DNA of 35,905 bases from Lentisphaerota bacterium (GTDB lineage Bacteria; Verrucomicrobiota; Kiritimatiellia; RFP12; JAAYLN01), in assembly GCA_012514915.1 (NCBI GenBank), contig JAAYZJ010000318.1, forward strand, positions 1 to 35,905. The letters run 5' to 3'. The translations under genes and the position numbers were made by a program. Below the pieces are notes generated by a model. It made no database searches and was not told the DNA's origin. It saw only the letters and a list, made by a program, of their open reading frames with translations. Of this stretch, positions 18,008 to 26,071 are shown one piece after another. Within the stretch, counting starts at the first letter, position 1. Each line of letters starts with the position of its first letter.

Positions 18008-19276
18008 CTATTCCCATTCGATGGTGGACGGCGGCTTGTTGGTGATGTCGTACACGACGCGGTTGACGCCCGGCACCTCCGTCGCGATCCGGCCGGCCAC
18101 GCCGATGAGGAATTCAATGGGCAGCGGCGCGACGGCGGCCGTCATGAAATCGAGCGTCTGCACGGCACGCAGGGCGACCACCGAGCCGACCGTGCGGGCA
18201 TCCTGGCTCACGCCCACCGTCTGAACCGGGGTGAGGACGGCAAAATACTGGCTGGCCAGCCCCTCCAGCCCATGCGCGGCCAGCGCCTCGCGGAAAATGG
18301 CGTCGGCCGCGCGCAGCCGGTCGAGTTTGGGCTTCGTCAGCTCGCCGAGACAGCGCACGCCGAGCCCCGGTCCCGGGAAGGGCTGCCGATCCGTGACGCT
18401 CGCGGGGATTCCCAGGCAGCGCCCCACGTCGCGCACCTCGTCCTTGAAGAGGTACTTGACCGGCTCGATGATCCCCTTGAAGGCAATCCGCTCGGGCAGA
18501 CCGCCGACGTTGTGGTGCGCCTTGACCGGCTTGCCGCCGTCCCAGCCGCTCTCAATGATGTCGGGGTAGATCGTCCCCTGGACCAGGAAGTCGAGCTCGC
18601 CCAGTTTGCGGGCCTCCTCCTCGAAGACCCGGATGAAGGCTTCGCCGATGATCTTGCGCTTGCCCTCGGGATCGGTCACGCCGGCCAGTAGGGCCAGAAA
18701 CCGATCCTCGGCATCGACGGCGACCAGGTTGATGCCGAACTGGCCGCGGAAAATGTCAATCACCTGGCGCGGCTCGTCCTGGCGCATGCAGCCATGGTCG
18801 ACAAACACGCAGGTGAGCTGAGGCCCGACGGCCCGGTGGAGCAGGACGGCGCACACGGAGGAGTCGACCCCGCCGGACATGGCGAGCAACACGCGCCGTT
18901 TGCCGATCTGGACCCGCAGGTCGGCGATGCTCTCCTCGATGAACCGCTCCGTGGTCCAGTCCTGCTTCAGCTTGCACTGGTCGACCAGGAACGTCTTGAG
19001 GGCGGCGTTAGCGTTGGGCGCGTCGCGCAGGTCGAGGACGGGGATATCAAGCGCCGCCAGGTCGGCCGCCGGCTCCCGGCCGAGCGTCCGCTCGCCAAAG
19101 GCGGCGCCGCGCTGCAGGACGATCGCCCGCGGGGCGAGCTTGCGGATGCGGTCGAGGGAGGCCGTAGAGGGCAGCACCTCGCTGTAGATGTGCAACTGGC
19201 GGACGGCCTTGGCGGCCGCCTGGGCGTTGATCGCCCCGAAATCGAGGATGACGACAGACTCGTGCGAATGGGACAT
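18008..19276 (-). CDS. guaA: GMP synthase-like protein with intact ATP-pyrophosphatase and dimerisation domains but a truncated, degenerate GATase domain
   Basis: Start at ATG 19276 (MSHSHESVVILDFG..), 422 aa versus about 525 for E. coli GuaA. P-loop SGGVDSS, CVFVDHGCMR, DPEGKRKIIG, QGTIYPDIIES, HHNVGGLP, PFPGPGLGVR and the C-terminus KPPSTIEWE are all conserved. The N-terminal 105 aa align only to the first 90 residues and the last 20 residues of the GATase domain. Confidence 0.85.
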   Translation of the reverse strand: MSHSHESVVILDFGAINAQAAAKAVRQLHIYSEVLPSTASLDRIRKLAPRAIVLQRGAAFGERTLGREPAADLAALDIPVLDLRDAPNANAALKTFLVDQCKLKQDWTTERFIEESIADLRVQIGKRRVLLAMSGGVDSSVCAVLLHRAVGPQLTCVFVDHGCMRQDEPRQVIDIFRGQFGINLVAVDAEDRFLALLAGVTDPEGKRKIIGEAFIRVFEEEARKLGELDFLVQGTIYPDIIESGWDGGKPVKAHHNVGGLPERIAFKGIIEPVKYLFKDEVRDVGRCLGIPASVTDRQPFPGPGLGVRCLGELTKPKLDRLRAADAIFREALAAHGLEGLASQYFAVLTPVQTVGVSQDARTVGSVVALRAVQTLDFMTAAVAPLPIEFLIGVAGRIATEVPGVNRVVYDITNKPPSTIEWE

Positions 19277-19356
19277 GACAAAAGGTTTCCTGGGTTCCCG
19301 CCAGTGTCGGACGCCGGGCCATCCGGCCGGTTTCAGGCGGATATCTGGCATCATAC

Positions 19357-19386
19357 CGGGTTACAACGGCCGTTCACAAGGAAATA
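19357..19386 (-). promoter_or_regulatory. Candidate promoter for guaA (TTGTGA-N18-TATGAT on the minus strand)
   Basis: On the minus strand, TTGTGA is at 19386-19381 and TATGAT at 19362-19357. This predicts a leader of about 75 nt. Called by eye only. Confidence 0.3.
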
Positions 19387-19467
19387 ACGATTGCCGAGTA
19401 CCACGTCCATCCGCTAAGGTAAAAGCTTCGCGTTGAAAACCGAGACAGTTTCTACGGGAGACGGAAC

Positions 19468-21789
19468 ATGACCTTTCGCACACTGGCCCTGAGCCTGGCC
19501 TGCATGTTGACGGCCGCCGCGGCGACGGCGAGCGTCGAACTGGCCGCCGGGGGCGCGAGCCGCTGCACCATCCTCGCGCCGGCGCGCCTGTTCATCGCCG
19601 ACCAGAAGACGCCCCCCGGCGCGGTCGGCGCCGCCGAGTTGGAGGCCAACCGCCGCCGCCTGCGGGCGTCCGTCCTCGATCTGGCCCACTATCTCGGCAC
19701 GCTCTCGGGGGCCTCGATCACCGTGGCGACCAACGCGTCCGATGTGCAGGGCGTCGCCGTGCGGATCGGTGAGGAGGCCGCCGCCGTGTTCGGCCCGGTC
19801 GGCCTCTCGGTCATGGGCGGACAGGGCTACCGGGTGGTCGTCGACAAGCGCGGCGTCGGGTTGTTCGGCGAGGCGGATCTGGGCACCAGCTATGCGATCT
19901 ACGATCTGCTGCACCGGCTCGGCTGCCGCTGGTACATGCCGGGCGAACTGGGCGAGGTCATCCCCGCCGTCTCGGACATCCGGCTCGACGAGCAGGATCG
20001 CACCGGGCGCCCACACACCCTCTACCGCGGCGTCTGGTATGCCGACGAGGCGTTCAAGCGGCGCAACCGGACGGGCGGCGTGCAGCTCAGCGCCGGTCAC
20101 GCGCTCGAGGGCTACATCGGCCAGGATGTGCGCGAGCAGCATCCCGACTGGCGGGCGGTCAGCGGCGGCAAGCCGGCCCACCGCCGCCTGAAATGGAGCA
20201 AGCCCGGCGTGGCCGAGGCGCTGGCCGACGGCATCATCGCGCGCCTCGACAAGACGGTCGGCACCCAGTCGATCTCGCTCTCGCCCGACGACGGCATGGG
20301 GTACGACGAGACCGACGACAAGACTCTCGATGCCGGCGACTGGGATTCGAGCATCGGGCAGGTCTCCATCACCGACCGCCAGGTCTGGCTGTGTAACCGC
20401 ATCATCGAGCGGGTCAACGCGAAGCACCCCGGCATCAAGTACGGCATGCTCGCCTACGGCGCCAGCACCCGCCCGCCGGTCCGCGAAAAGCCGCACGCGC
20501 AGCTCGTGCCGCAGATCGCGCCGATCACCTTCCGCCGCGCCCACCCGATGACCGACGACCGCGTCCCCGACAACAAAGAGCTGCGCGCGCTGATCGAGGG
20601 CTGGGCGAAGCTCAGCCCCGAACTCTCCTACTACTACTACGGCTGGTTTCTCGCCGAACCCTCGGCGCCCAACCCCTTCCTGACCAAATGGGCTGTCGAC
20701 GTCCCGATCGCGATGCGCAACAACTGCGCCTACTGGCAGCCCGAGACGCTGGCGAACTTCGAAACGACGATGCACGCCCTCTACATGAGCCTGCGCCTCG
20801 CCTGGGATCCGGCGGAAGACCCCTGGGCCGTCTACGACGAGATCAACACGCGCTTCTACGGACGGGCCGCCCCGCAGATGAAGGCGTACTGGGAACTCGT
20901 CGACAAGACCTGGCTCGACGTCCCCGAGTATTCCGGCTGCGGGTTCGGCCACATGCGCCGCTTCCCGCCCGAGGCGCTGGCGGCCTGGCGCGCCGCGATG
21001 GACGCGGCGCTGGCCGCCTGCACCTCCATCACCGAGTACCGCCGCGTCAAGCTGGCCGACACCTCGCTGCGCCTCTTCGATCTGTTCATGCAGCTCCGTC
21101 GCGATCTGGCCGACGGCCGCTGGACGACACTCGACCGCGACGTCCGGAAGTACATCGGCTGGATGGACGCCGCGGGCGACGAGTACGCCGCCAACTACGC
21201 GTTCGCCCGCGCCCCCTGGGCCTGGCACAAGTCGGTGAACCTCACCTATTTCCGCTCGTTCTACCAGGCGACCTACGACGACGCGGCGCGCCTGGCCGAC
21301 AAGAAGAAGTTCGCGATCCTGCTGCCGCGCCCACTCCGCGAATTCCGCTACCAGGCCGATCCCGACAAGCAGGGCGAGGCGGCCGGCTGGCAGGCGGCCG
21401 CGTTCGACGATGCCGCCTGGAGCACGACCGACGTCTGTCTGCAGACGTGGTCGTCGCTCGACCTGCATGCCTACATGGGCAGCGTCTGGTACCGCACCCG
21501 GGTCAAGCTTGGCACCCTGCCCACCGGCAAGCGGATCAAGCTCTGGATCGGCGCGACCGACGGCAGCGCCAAGGTGTTCGTCAACGGGCGCCACGTCCCC
21601 TACACGACCGGCGTCGACGAGACGCTCGATGTCGCCAACGGCTACTGTAAGCCTTTCCTGTTCGATGTGACCGATGCCGTGGCGGCGAATGCCGAGAACA
21701 CGCTGGCCATCCTGGCCACACGGACTTTTATCAACGAGTTGGGCACCGGGGGCCTGATGGCGCCCGTCACCCTTGTCGCCGAGCAATAG
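19468..21789 (+). CDS. Exported DUF4838-like protein with a C-terminal galactose-binding-like domain (putative glycoside hydrolase)
   Basis: 773 aa. Signal peptide MTFRTLALSLACMLTAAAATASV. The long central region is of the kind annotated DUF4838 in Bacteroidota and PVC genomes. The C-terminal YMGSVWYRTRVKL .. KLWIGATDGSAKVFVNGRHV matches the GH2-type sugar-binding jelly-roll pattern. SD GGGAGACGG lies upstream. Confidence 0.65.
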   Translation: MTFRTLALSLACMLTAAAATASVELAAGGASRCTILAPARLFIADQKTPPGAVGAAELEANRRRLRASVLDLAHYLGTLSGASITVATNASDVQGVAVRIGEEAAAVFGPVGLSVMGGQGYRVVVDKRGVGLFGEADLGTSYAIYDLLHRLGCRWYMPGELGEVIPAVSDIRLDEQDRTGRPHTLYRGVWYADEAFKRRNRTGGVQLSAGHALEGYIGQDVREQHPDWRAVSGGKPAHRRLKWSKPGVAEALADGIIARLDKTVGTQSISLSPDDGMGYDETDDKTLDAGDWDSSIGQVSITDRQVWLCNRIIERVNAKHPGIKYGMLAYGASTRPPVREKPHAQLVPQIAPITFRRAHPMTDDRVPDNKELRALIEGWAKLSPELSYYYYGWFLAEPSAPNPFLTKWAVDVPIAMRNNCAYWQPETLANFETTMHALYMSLRLAWDPAEDPWAVYDEINTRFYGRAAPQMKAYWELVDKTWLDVPEYSGCGFGHMRRFPPEALAAWRAAMDAALAACTSITEYRRVKLADTSLRLFDLFMQLRRDLADGRWTTLDRDVRKYIGWMDAAGDEYAANYAFARAPWAWHKSVNLTYFRSFYQATYDDAARLADKKKFAILLPRPLREFRYQADPDKQGEAAGWQAAAFDDAAWSTTDVCLQTWSSLDLHAYMGSVWYRTRVKLGTLPTGKRIKLWIGATDGSAKVFVNGRHVPYTTGVDETLDVANGYCKPFLFDVTDAVAANAENTLAILATRTFINELGTGGLMAPVTLVAEQ

Positions 21790-21821
21790 CCGGCTGTTCC
21801 GGTCTGGAGAAACGTGTCGAA

Positions 21822-22115
21822 ATGCCGACCTACGAGTATGAGTGCCGCCACTGCGGCCATGCCTTCGAACAATTTCAGAGCATCAAGGCGCCGCCCCTGA
21901 CCACGTGTCCCGTATGCGGTAAAAAGAAGGTCAAGCGCCTGCTGGGCGCCGGCGCCGGCCTGTTGTTCAAGGGTTCGGGTTTCTACCAGACGGACTACCG
22001 GAGCGCCTCCTATCAGTCCCGGGCCAGCGCCGAGAAGACGTCCAAGCCGGAGGCCGCCAAGGCCACGAGCACCACGTCCACGAGCACCACGGCCAAGCCG
22101 ACCGGCCAGGCTTGA
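21822..22115 (+). CDS. FmdB-family zinc-ribbon protein
   Basis: 97 aa. MPTYEYECRHCGHAFE .. CPVCG (the CxxC-x-CxxC FmdB/CxxC_CxxC_SSSS signature), GSGFYQTDY, then a low-complexity S/T/A/K tail. Confidence 0.8.
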   Translation: MPTYEYECRHCGHAFEQFQSIKAPPLTTCPVCGKKKVKRLLGAGAGLLFKGSGFYQTDYRSASYQSRASAEKTSKPEAAKATSTTSTSTTAKPTGQA

Positions 22116-22152
22116 CGCCGGCGACGTCCCGGCCGGCCTCCGGGAGCAGACG

Positions 22153-23307
22153 ATGCGGCGGGTACCCATCAGATTGCGCGCAGGCGGAGGCCGGCAGCCG
22201 TTGCGGCGGCTGGCCGTCGGCCTGCTGCTACTGTCGGAACCGCTCGCCGCAGCCGACGATTTCATCGTCCGAACCACGCCGGAGTGGCGGGTGCATGAAT
22301 TCGCCGTCCTCCGCCTGGCACGCGCCGTGCACCGCGAACTCGTCGAGACGCTCGGGCTCCCCTCCCCCATGAGCCATGGCCCGGTCGAAATCGAACTGGG
22401 ACTGGGCGAGCCGCCGCCGGACGGCGCCGGGCACGCCGTCGTACGCGGCCCCAGCGGCGTGTTCGGGCTGGTCCGCCTGGGCGACCCGCGGGTGCTTGAC
22501 CGCGACGAGACGGCTTTCGCCCTGGCGGCCGCCCTGGTGCGCGCGGCGATCCACAACCGGGCCCGCGGCCCGGAGGCTGTGACCGAACCGCCCGTCTGGT
22601 TCATCCGGGGCGTGGCCCGGCAGGCCGACCCGAGCCTGCGCGGCGCCGACTTCGAGGCGGCCTACGCGCGCTGGTCGGGCGGGCGCCTTCCCGGCGCGGC
22701 CGAATTGTGGCAGGCCAGGCGCTCGCCCGCCGCCCAGCACCTCGACGTGGCCTCGCAGTTGGCGGCCTGGTGCGCCTCCCGTCCGGACCGCCAGCAGCGC
22801 TGGCAGGCCTGGTGCGAGCACCTGGCGCAGGGAGGCGCCTGGACCCCCGGGGCGCTGGCGTCCATCTGGTTCGACGACGACGACCTGGCCCGCCTCGACG
22901 CGGCCTGGGACGCGTGGCTCGTCGTCCGCACGCGCCGCGTGTTCGACCCCGGCACGACGCCGGCGGGCGTCAGGCGGCGTTTCCAGTCGCAATTATTGCT
23001 CTATCCCTGGGAATGTGTTATTTATATCCCTGCCGTGGCGCTGGGTGGAACCCCGCTGGTCTGGTGCATCGAAAACCCCGACAGTCCCGGGGTGCGGCAG
23101 GCCGCCGCCGCCAAGTCGCGGCACCTGCTGCTGCAGGGCGCCGGCCGCGACCCCGCCTTCAGGGAAATGGCGGCAGGCTACGCCGACGTGATGCGGCGGC
23201 TGGCGGCGGGCGCCTCCCGCCGCGAGCTGCGGTCGCGCTGGCGGCAGGCCGAGGCGCAGCGGCTGGCCCTCGAGGCCGAACGGACGGCGCCACCAAGGAA
23301 CGAATAA
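22153..23307 (+). CDS. Hypothetical exported protein, Trp/Arg/Ala-rich
   Basis: 384 aa. SD GGGAG at 22142-22146. N-terminal signal-like segment RRLAVGLLLLSEPLAAADD. No recognisable catalytic motif. Contains an AT-rich rare-codon patch at about 22985-23030. Confidence 0.5.
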   Translation: MRRVPIRLRAGGGRQPLRRLAVGLLLLSEPLAAADDFIVRTTPEWRVHEFAVLRLARAVHRELVETLGLPSPMSHGPVEIELGLGEPPPDGAGHAVVRGPSGVFGLVRLGDPRVLDRDETAFALAAALVRAAIHNRARGPEAVTEPPVWFIRGVARQADPSLRGADFEAAYARWSGGRLPGAAELWQARRSPAAQHLDVASQLAAWCASRPDRQQRWQAWCEHLAQGGAWTPGALASIWFDDDDLARLDAAWDAWLVVRTRRVFDPGTTPAGVRRRFQSQLLLYPWECVIYIPAVALGGTPLVWCIENPDSPGVRQAAAAKSRHLLLQGAGRDPAFREMAAGYADVMRRLAAGASRRELRSRWRQAEAQRLALEAERTAPPRNE

Positions 23308-23313
23308 CCGGGC

Positions 23314-24735
23314 ATGAGTGCAAGCGATAACAAGCGGAAGACCCTGGTAGGGGCGATCCACCCCGATGTGCTGGCCTTCACGGTCGGGCGCGATCCCGAG
23401 CTCGATCTGCACCTGCTCGACTGGGACTGCCTCGGCAGCGCCGCGCACGTCACCATGCTCAGCCGCATGCGCATCCAGCCAACCCTCTTCACGGCCGTCG
23501 AGCGCGCGGCCGTCGTCGCCGAGCTCGCCGCCATCATGCGGGCGGGCCGGGCCGGCGCCTTCGCCATCTCCCAGGAGGATCAGGACGTCCATCTGGCCGT
23601 CGAACGCCGCCTGACCGAGAAGCTGGGCGACCTCGGCAAACGCATCCACACCGGCCGCAGCCGCAACGACCAGGTGGCCGTCGACCTGCGCCTGCATGCC
23701 CGTGACAACCTGCTGGGCGTGTGCGACGAGTGCGTCGCCCTCGCGCGCGCGCTGCTCGCGTTCGCGCGCCGCCACCGCGACGTTCCCATGGTCGGCCGCA
23801 CGCACCTCCAGCCCGCCATGCCCAGCTCGGTCGGCCTGTGGGCCTCGGGCTACGCCGAAGGGCTGCTCGACGACCTGCTGACGGTCGAGGCCGCCTACGC
23901 CTACGCCGACCGCTGCCCCCTCGGCTCGGCGGCCGGCTACGGCGTGCCGCTGCCCATCGACCGCCGGCTGACGGCCGACCTGCTCGGTTTCGCGGCGCCG
24001 ATCCACAATGTCTTCCACGCCAGCAACACCCGCGGCAAGTGCGAGTCGATCGTGCTCGGCGCCCTGGCGCAGATCATGCTCACCTCGTCGCGGCTCGCCG
24101 AGGATTTGATTCTCTTCACGATGCCCGAGTTCGGCTACTTCGCCCTGCCTCCCGAGTTGTGCACCGGCAGCAGCATCATGCCCCAGAAGTACAATCCCGA
24201 TGTGCTCGAACTGATCCGCGCCAAGACGGCGCGCGTCCTCGGGCACCAGACGGCGGTCGGCGCCATCCTCAAGGCGATGCCCGGTGGCTACAACCGCGAT
24301 CTGCAGGAAACCAAGGAGCTCTACCTGGATGGCGTCGCCGTCACGCGCGCCACCCTGCGGATCCTCCACCTGATGACGCAGGGGCTGACGGTCCGTCCCG
24401 ACCGCCTGCGCGCCGGTTTCGGTCCCGGCGTGTTCGCGACCGACCGCGCCCTCGAGCTGGTGGCGTCCGGCGTCCCCTTCCGCGAGGCCTACAGTCGCGT
24501 GCGGGGCAGCCTCGACACCCTGGCCGGCGCCGACCCCGATGCCGCCATCGCCGCCAAACGCCACCTGGGCGGCACGGCCGGGCTCGATCTCGACGGGCTG
24601 GCCGCGCGCGCCGAGGCCATCCGCCGGGAGACGCGGCGCCGGCGCCGGATCGCCCACGCCGCTTTTTCCCGGCTGCTGCACGTCGACTTCCAAACGCTCA
24701 CGCCCCGCGCGGGCCCACGTCAACAGGGAGCCTAA
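23314..24735 (+). CDS. argH: Argininosuccinate lyase
   Basis: 473 aa. Fumarate-lyase superfamily signature GSSIMPQKYNPD, plus TGRSRNDQV and HLQPAMP. Collinear with ArgH. Confidence 0.95.
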   Translation: MSASDNKRKTLVGAIHPDVLAFTVGRDPELDLHLLDWDCLGSAAHVTMLSRMRIQPTLFTAVERAAVVAELAAIMRAGRAGAFAISQEDQDVHLAVERRLTEKLGDLGKRIHTGRSRNDQVAVDLRLHARDNLLGVCDECVALARALLAFARRHRDVPMVGRTHLQPAMPSSVGLWASGYAEGLLDDLLTVEAAYAYADRCPLGSAAGYGVPLPIDRRLTADLLGFAAPIHNVFHASNTRGKCESIVLGALAQIMLTSSRLAEDLILFTMPEFGYFALPPELCTGSSIMPQKYNPDVLELIRAKTARVLGHQTAVGAILKAMPGGYNRDLQETKELYLDGVAVTRATLRILHLMTQGLTVRPDRLRAGFGPGVFATDRALELVASGVPFREAYSRVRGSLDTLAGADPDAAIAAKRHLGGTAGLDLDGLAARAEAIRRETRRRRRIAHAAFSRLLHVDFQTLTPRAGPRQQGA

Positions 24736-24740
24736 CCACC

Positions 24741-25619
24741 ATGCTCAAGCCACGATTCCTCCTCGCCGCCGCCGCCGTCCTGATCCTGACGACGGGGGGC
24801 CCGGCCCCACTGCGCGCGCAAACGGCGGCGCCCCCCGCCGCGGCGGAGACGGGAACCCCCGCCCTCGCCGCACCGCCGGCGCCGCTCCCCGTGCCACTTC
24901 CCCGCGCCGAGGCGCCCGTCATCGAGCGCGCCGAGGCGCCAGCACCGCGCGGCCCGGCGGGCGAGACCGCCACGCGCACGTTTGGCATGTCGTGGCGCGA
25001 GGCCTGGCACTACGGCGGCACAATCATGTGGTTCATCCTCGCGCTATCGATCATCGGCGGGGCCCTCAGCATCTACCTGTTCATCATCCTGCGGCCGGCC
25101 CAGATCGCCCCGCGGGCGCTGCGCAGCGAGTTGCGCGACCGGCTCCGCGACAACGATCTGAACGCGGCACGCCGCGCCTGCGAGAGCCGGGCCTGCCCCC
25201 TCTCCGCCGTCACCCTCGCGGCGCTGGACTACATCCGCGGCATCCCCGAGCCCGATGTCCCCCTGCTGAGGGACGTCGTCGAATCCGAGGGGAGCCGCCA
25301 GGCCGAGGATCTGCAGTCGCAGACGCAGTTCCTGCTCGACCTGTCGGTCATCACGCCGATGCTCGGGCTGCTCGGCACCGTGCTCGGCATGCTCAAAGCC
25401 TTCGGCTCGATCGCGCAGGACTACACGGCCGCCAAGCCCGTCATCCTGGCGCAGGGCGTCTCCCAGGCGATCATCACGACCATCTTCGGCCTGGCCATCG
25501 CCATCCCCTGCATGCTCCTGTACGCCTATTTCCGGCGGCGCGCGGTCCGCATGATCGCCCTTCTTGAAACGGCCGCCGCCGACGTGCTGGCGACCCTGGC
25601 CGGGAGGCGTTCCCCATGA
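24741..25619 (+). CDS. MotA/TolQ/ExbB-family proton channel, with signal peptide and a Pro/Ala-rich N-terminal extension
   Basis: Start at ATG 24741 (SD GGGAG at 24726-24730), 5 nt after the argH stop. Three TM helices. The motif ITPMLGLLGTVLGML and the AQGVSQAIITTIFGLAIAIP helix are hallmark ExbB/TolQ features. Residues 1-85 are a signal peptide plus an A/P-rich stretch. Confidence 0.85.
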   Translation: MLKPRFLLAAAAVLILTTGGPAPLRAQTAAPPAAAETGTPALAAPPAPLPVPLPRAEAPVIERAEAPAPRGPAGETATRTFGMSWREAWHYGGTIMWFILALSIIGGALSIYLFIILRPAQIAPRALRSELRDRLRDNDLNAARRACESRACPLSAVTLAALDYIRGIPEPDVPLLRDVVESEGSRQAEDLQSQTQFLLDLSVITPMLGLLGTVLGMLKAFGSIAQDYTAAKPVILAQGVSQAIITTIFGLAIAIPCMLLYAYFRRRAVRMIALLETAAADVLATLAGRRSP

Positions 25620-26071
25620 GATTCCAGTCCCGCGGCGGCGCGCGCCTCCCCGAGGTCCAGTTCACCTCGATGATCGACATCGTCTTCCTGCTGCTGTGCT
25701 TCTTCATCACGACGTCGGTGTTCTCGCAGTGGGAATACGAAGTCGATGTGGTGCTGCCCACGGCCCAGTCGGGCAAGATGCCCGACCGGCTGCCCGGCGA
25801 GGTGATCATCAATCTGACGCGCGACGGCCGCACGATCATCAACCAGCAGGTGCTCGACGCCGTCCAGCTCAAGGATCGCCTGACACGCCTCGCCCGCTTT
25901 TTCCCGGGGCAGCCCATCGTGCTGCGCGCCGACCGGCTCACCGCCTATGAGAACGTCGTCGGCGTGATCGACCTCTGCCGCCAGGCCGACATCTGGAACA
26001 TCTCCTTTGCCACCAGCGGCGACGAGGATGGCGGCGGTCAAGCGGCCACAACGGGAGGCGCGGCCAGGTGA
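25616..26071 (+). CDS. ExbD/TolR-family biopolymer transport protein
   Basis: 151 aa. ATGA overlap with the exbB-like gene. A single TM carries the conserved Asp (SMIDIVFLLLCFF; Asp codon at 25676-25678). The periplasmic domain has the pattern VIINLTRDG .. PIVLRADR .. Y..VV.VID. Confidence 0.85.
   Translation: MRFQSRGGARLPEVQFTSMIDIVFLLLCFFITTSVFSQWEYEVDVVLPTAQSGKMPDRLPGEVIINLTRDGRTIINQQVLDAVQLKDRLTRLARFFPGQPIVLRADRLTAYENVVGVIDLCRQADIWNISFATSGDEDGGGQAATTGGAAR

Noticed and set aside
14971-18691. Plus-strand ORFs 14971-17283 (770 aa) and 17123-18691 (522 aa).
   Set aside because: They are antisense to the orphan protein, mutM and guaA, all of which have strong family motifs on the minus strand. 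Their composition is R/A/G/D/V-biased.
19277-19467. A possible purine riboswitch or tRNA in the guaA / DUF4838 divergent intergenic region.
   Set aside because: The predicted guaA leader (reverse complement of 19277-19350) lacks the conserved purine-riboswitch loop and junction sequences. No cloverleaf or T-loop (GTTCGAATC-like) motif is present.
19414-21786. A 790-aa minus-strand ORF opposite the DUF4838-like gene.
   Set aside because: It is a shadow ORF. It has R/G/A/D/V-rich composition and no signal sequence or motifs. The plus-strand frame has a signal peptide, an SD and a recognisable jelly-roll domain.
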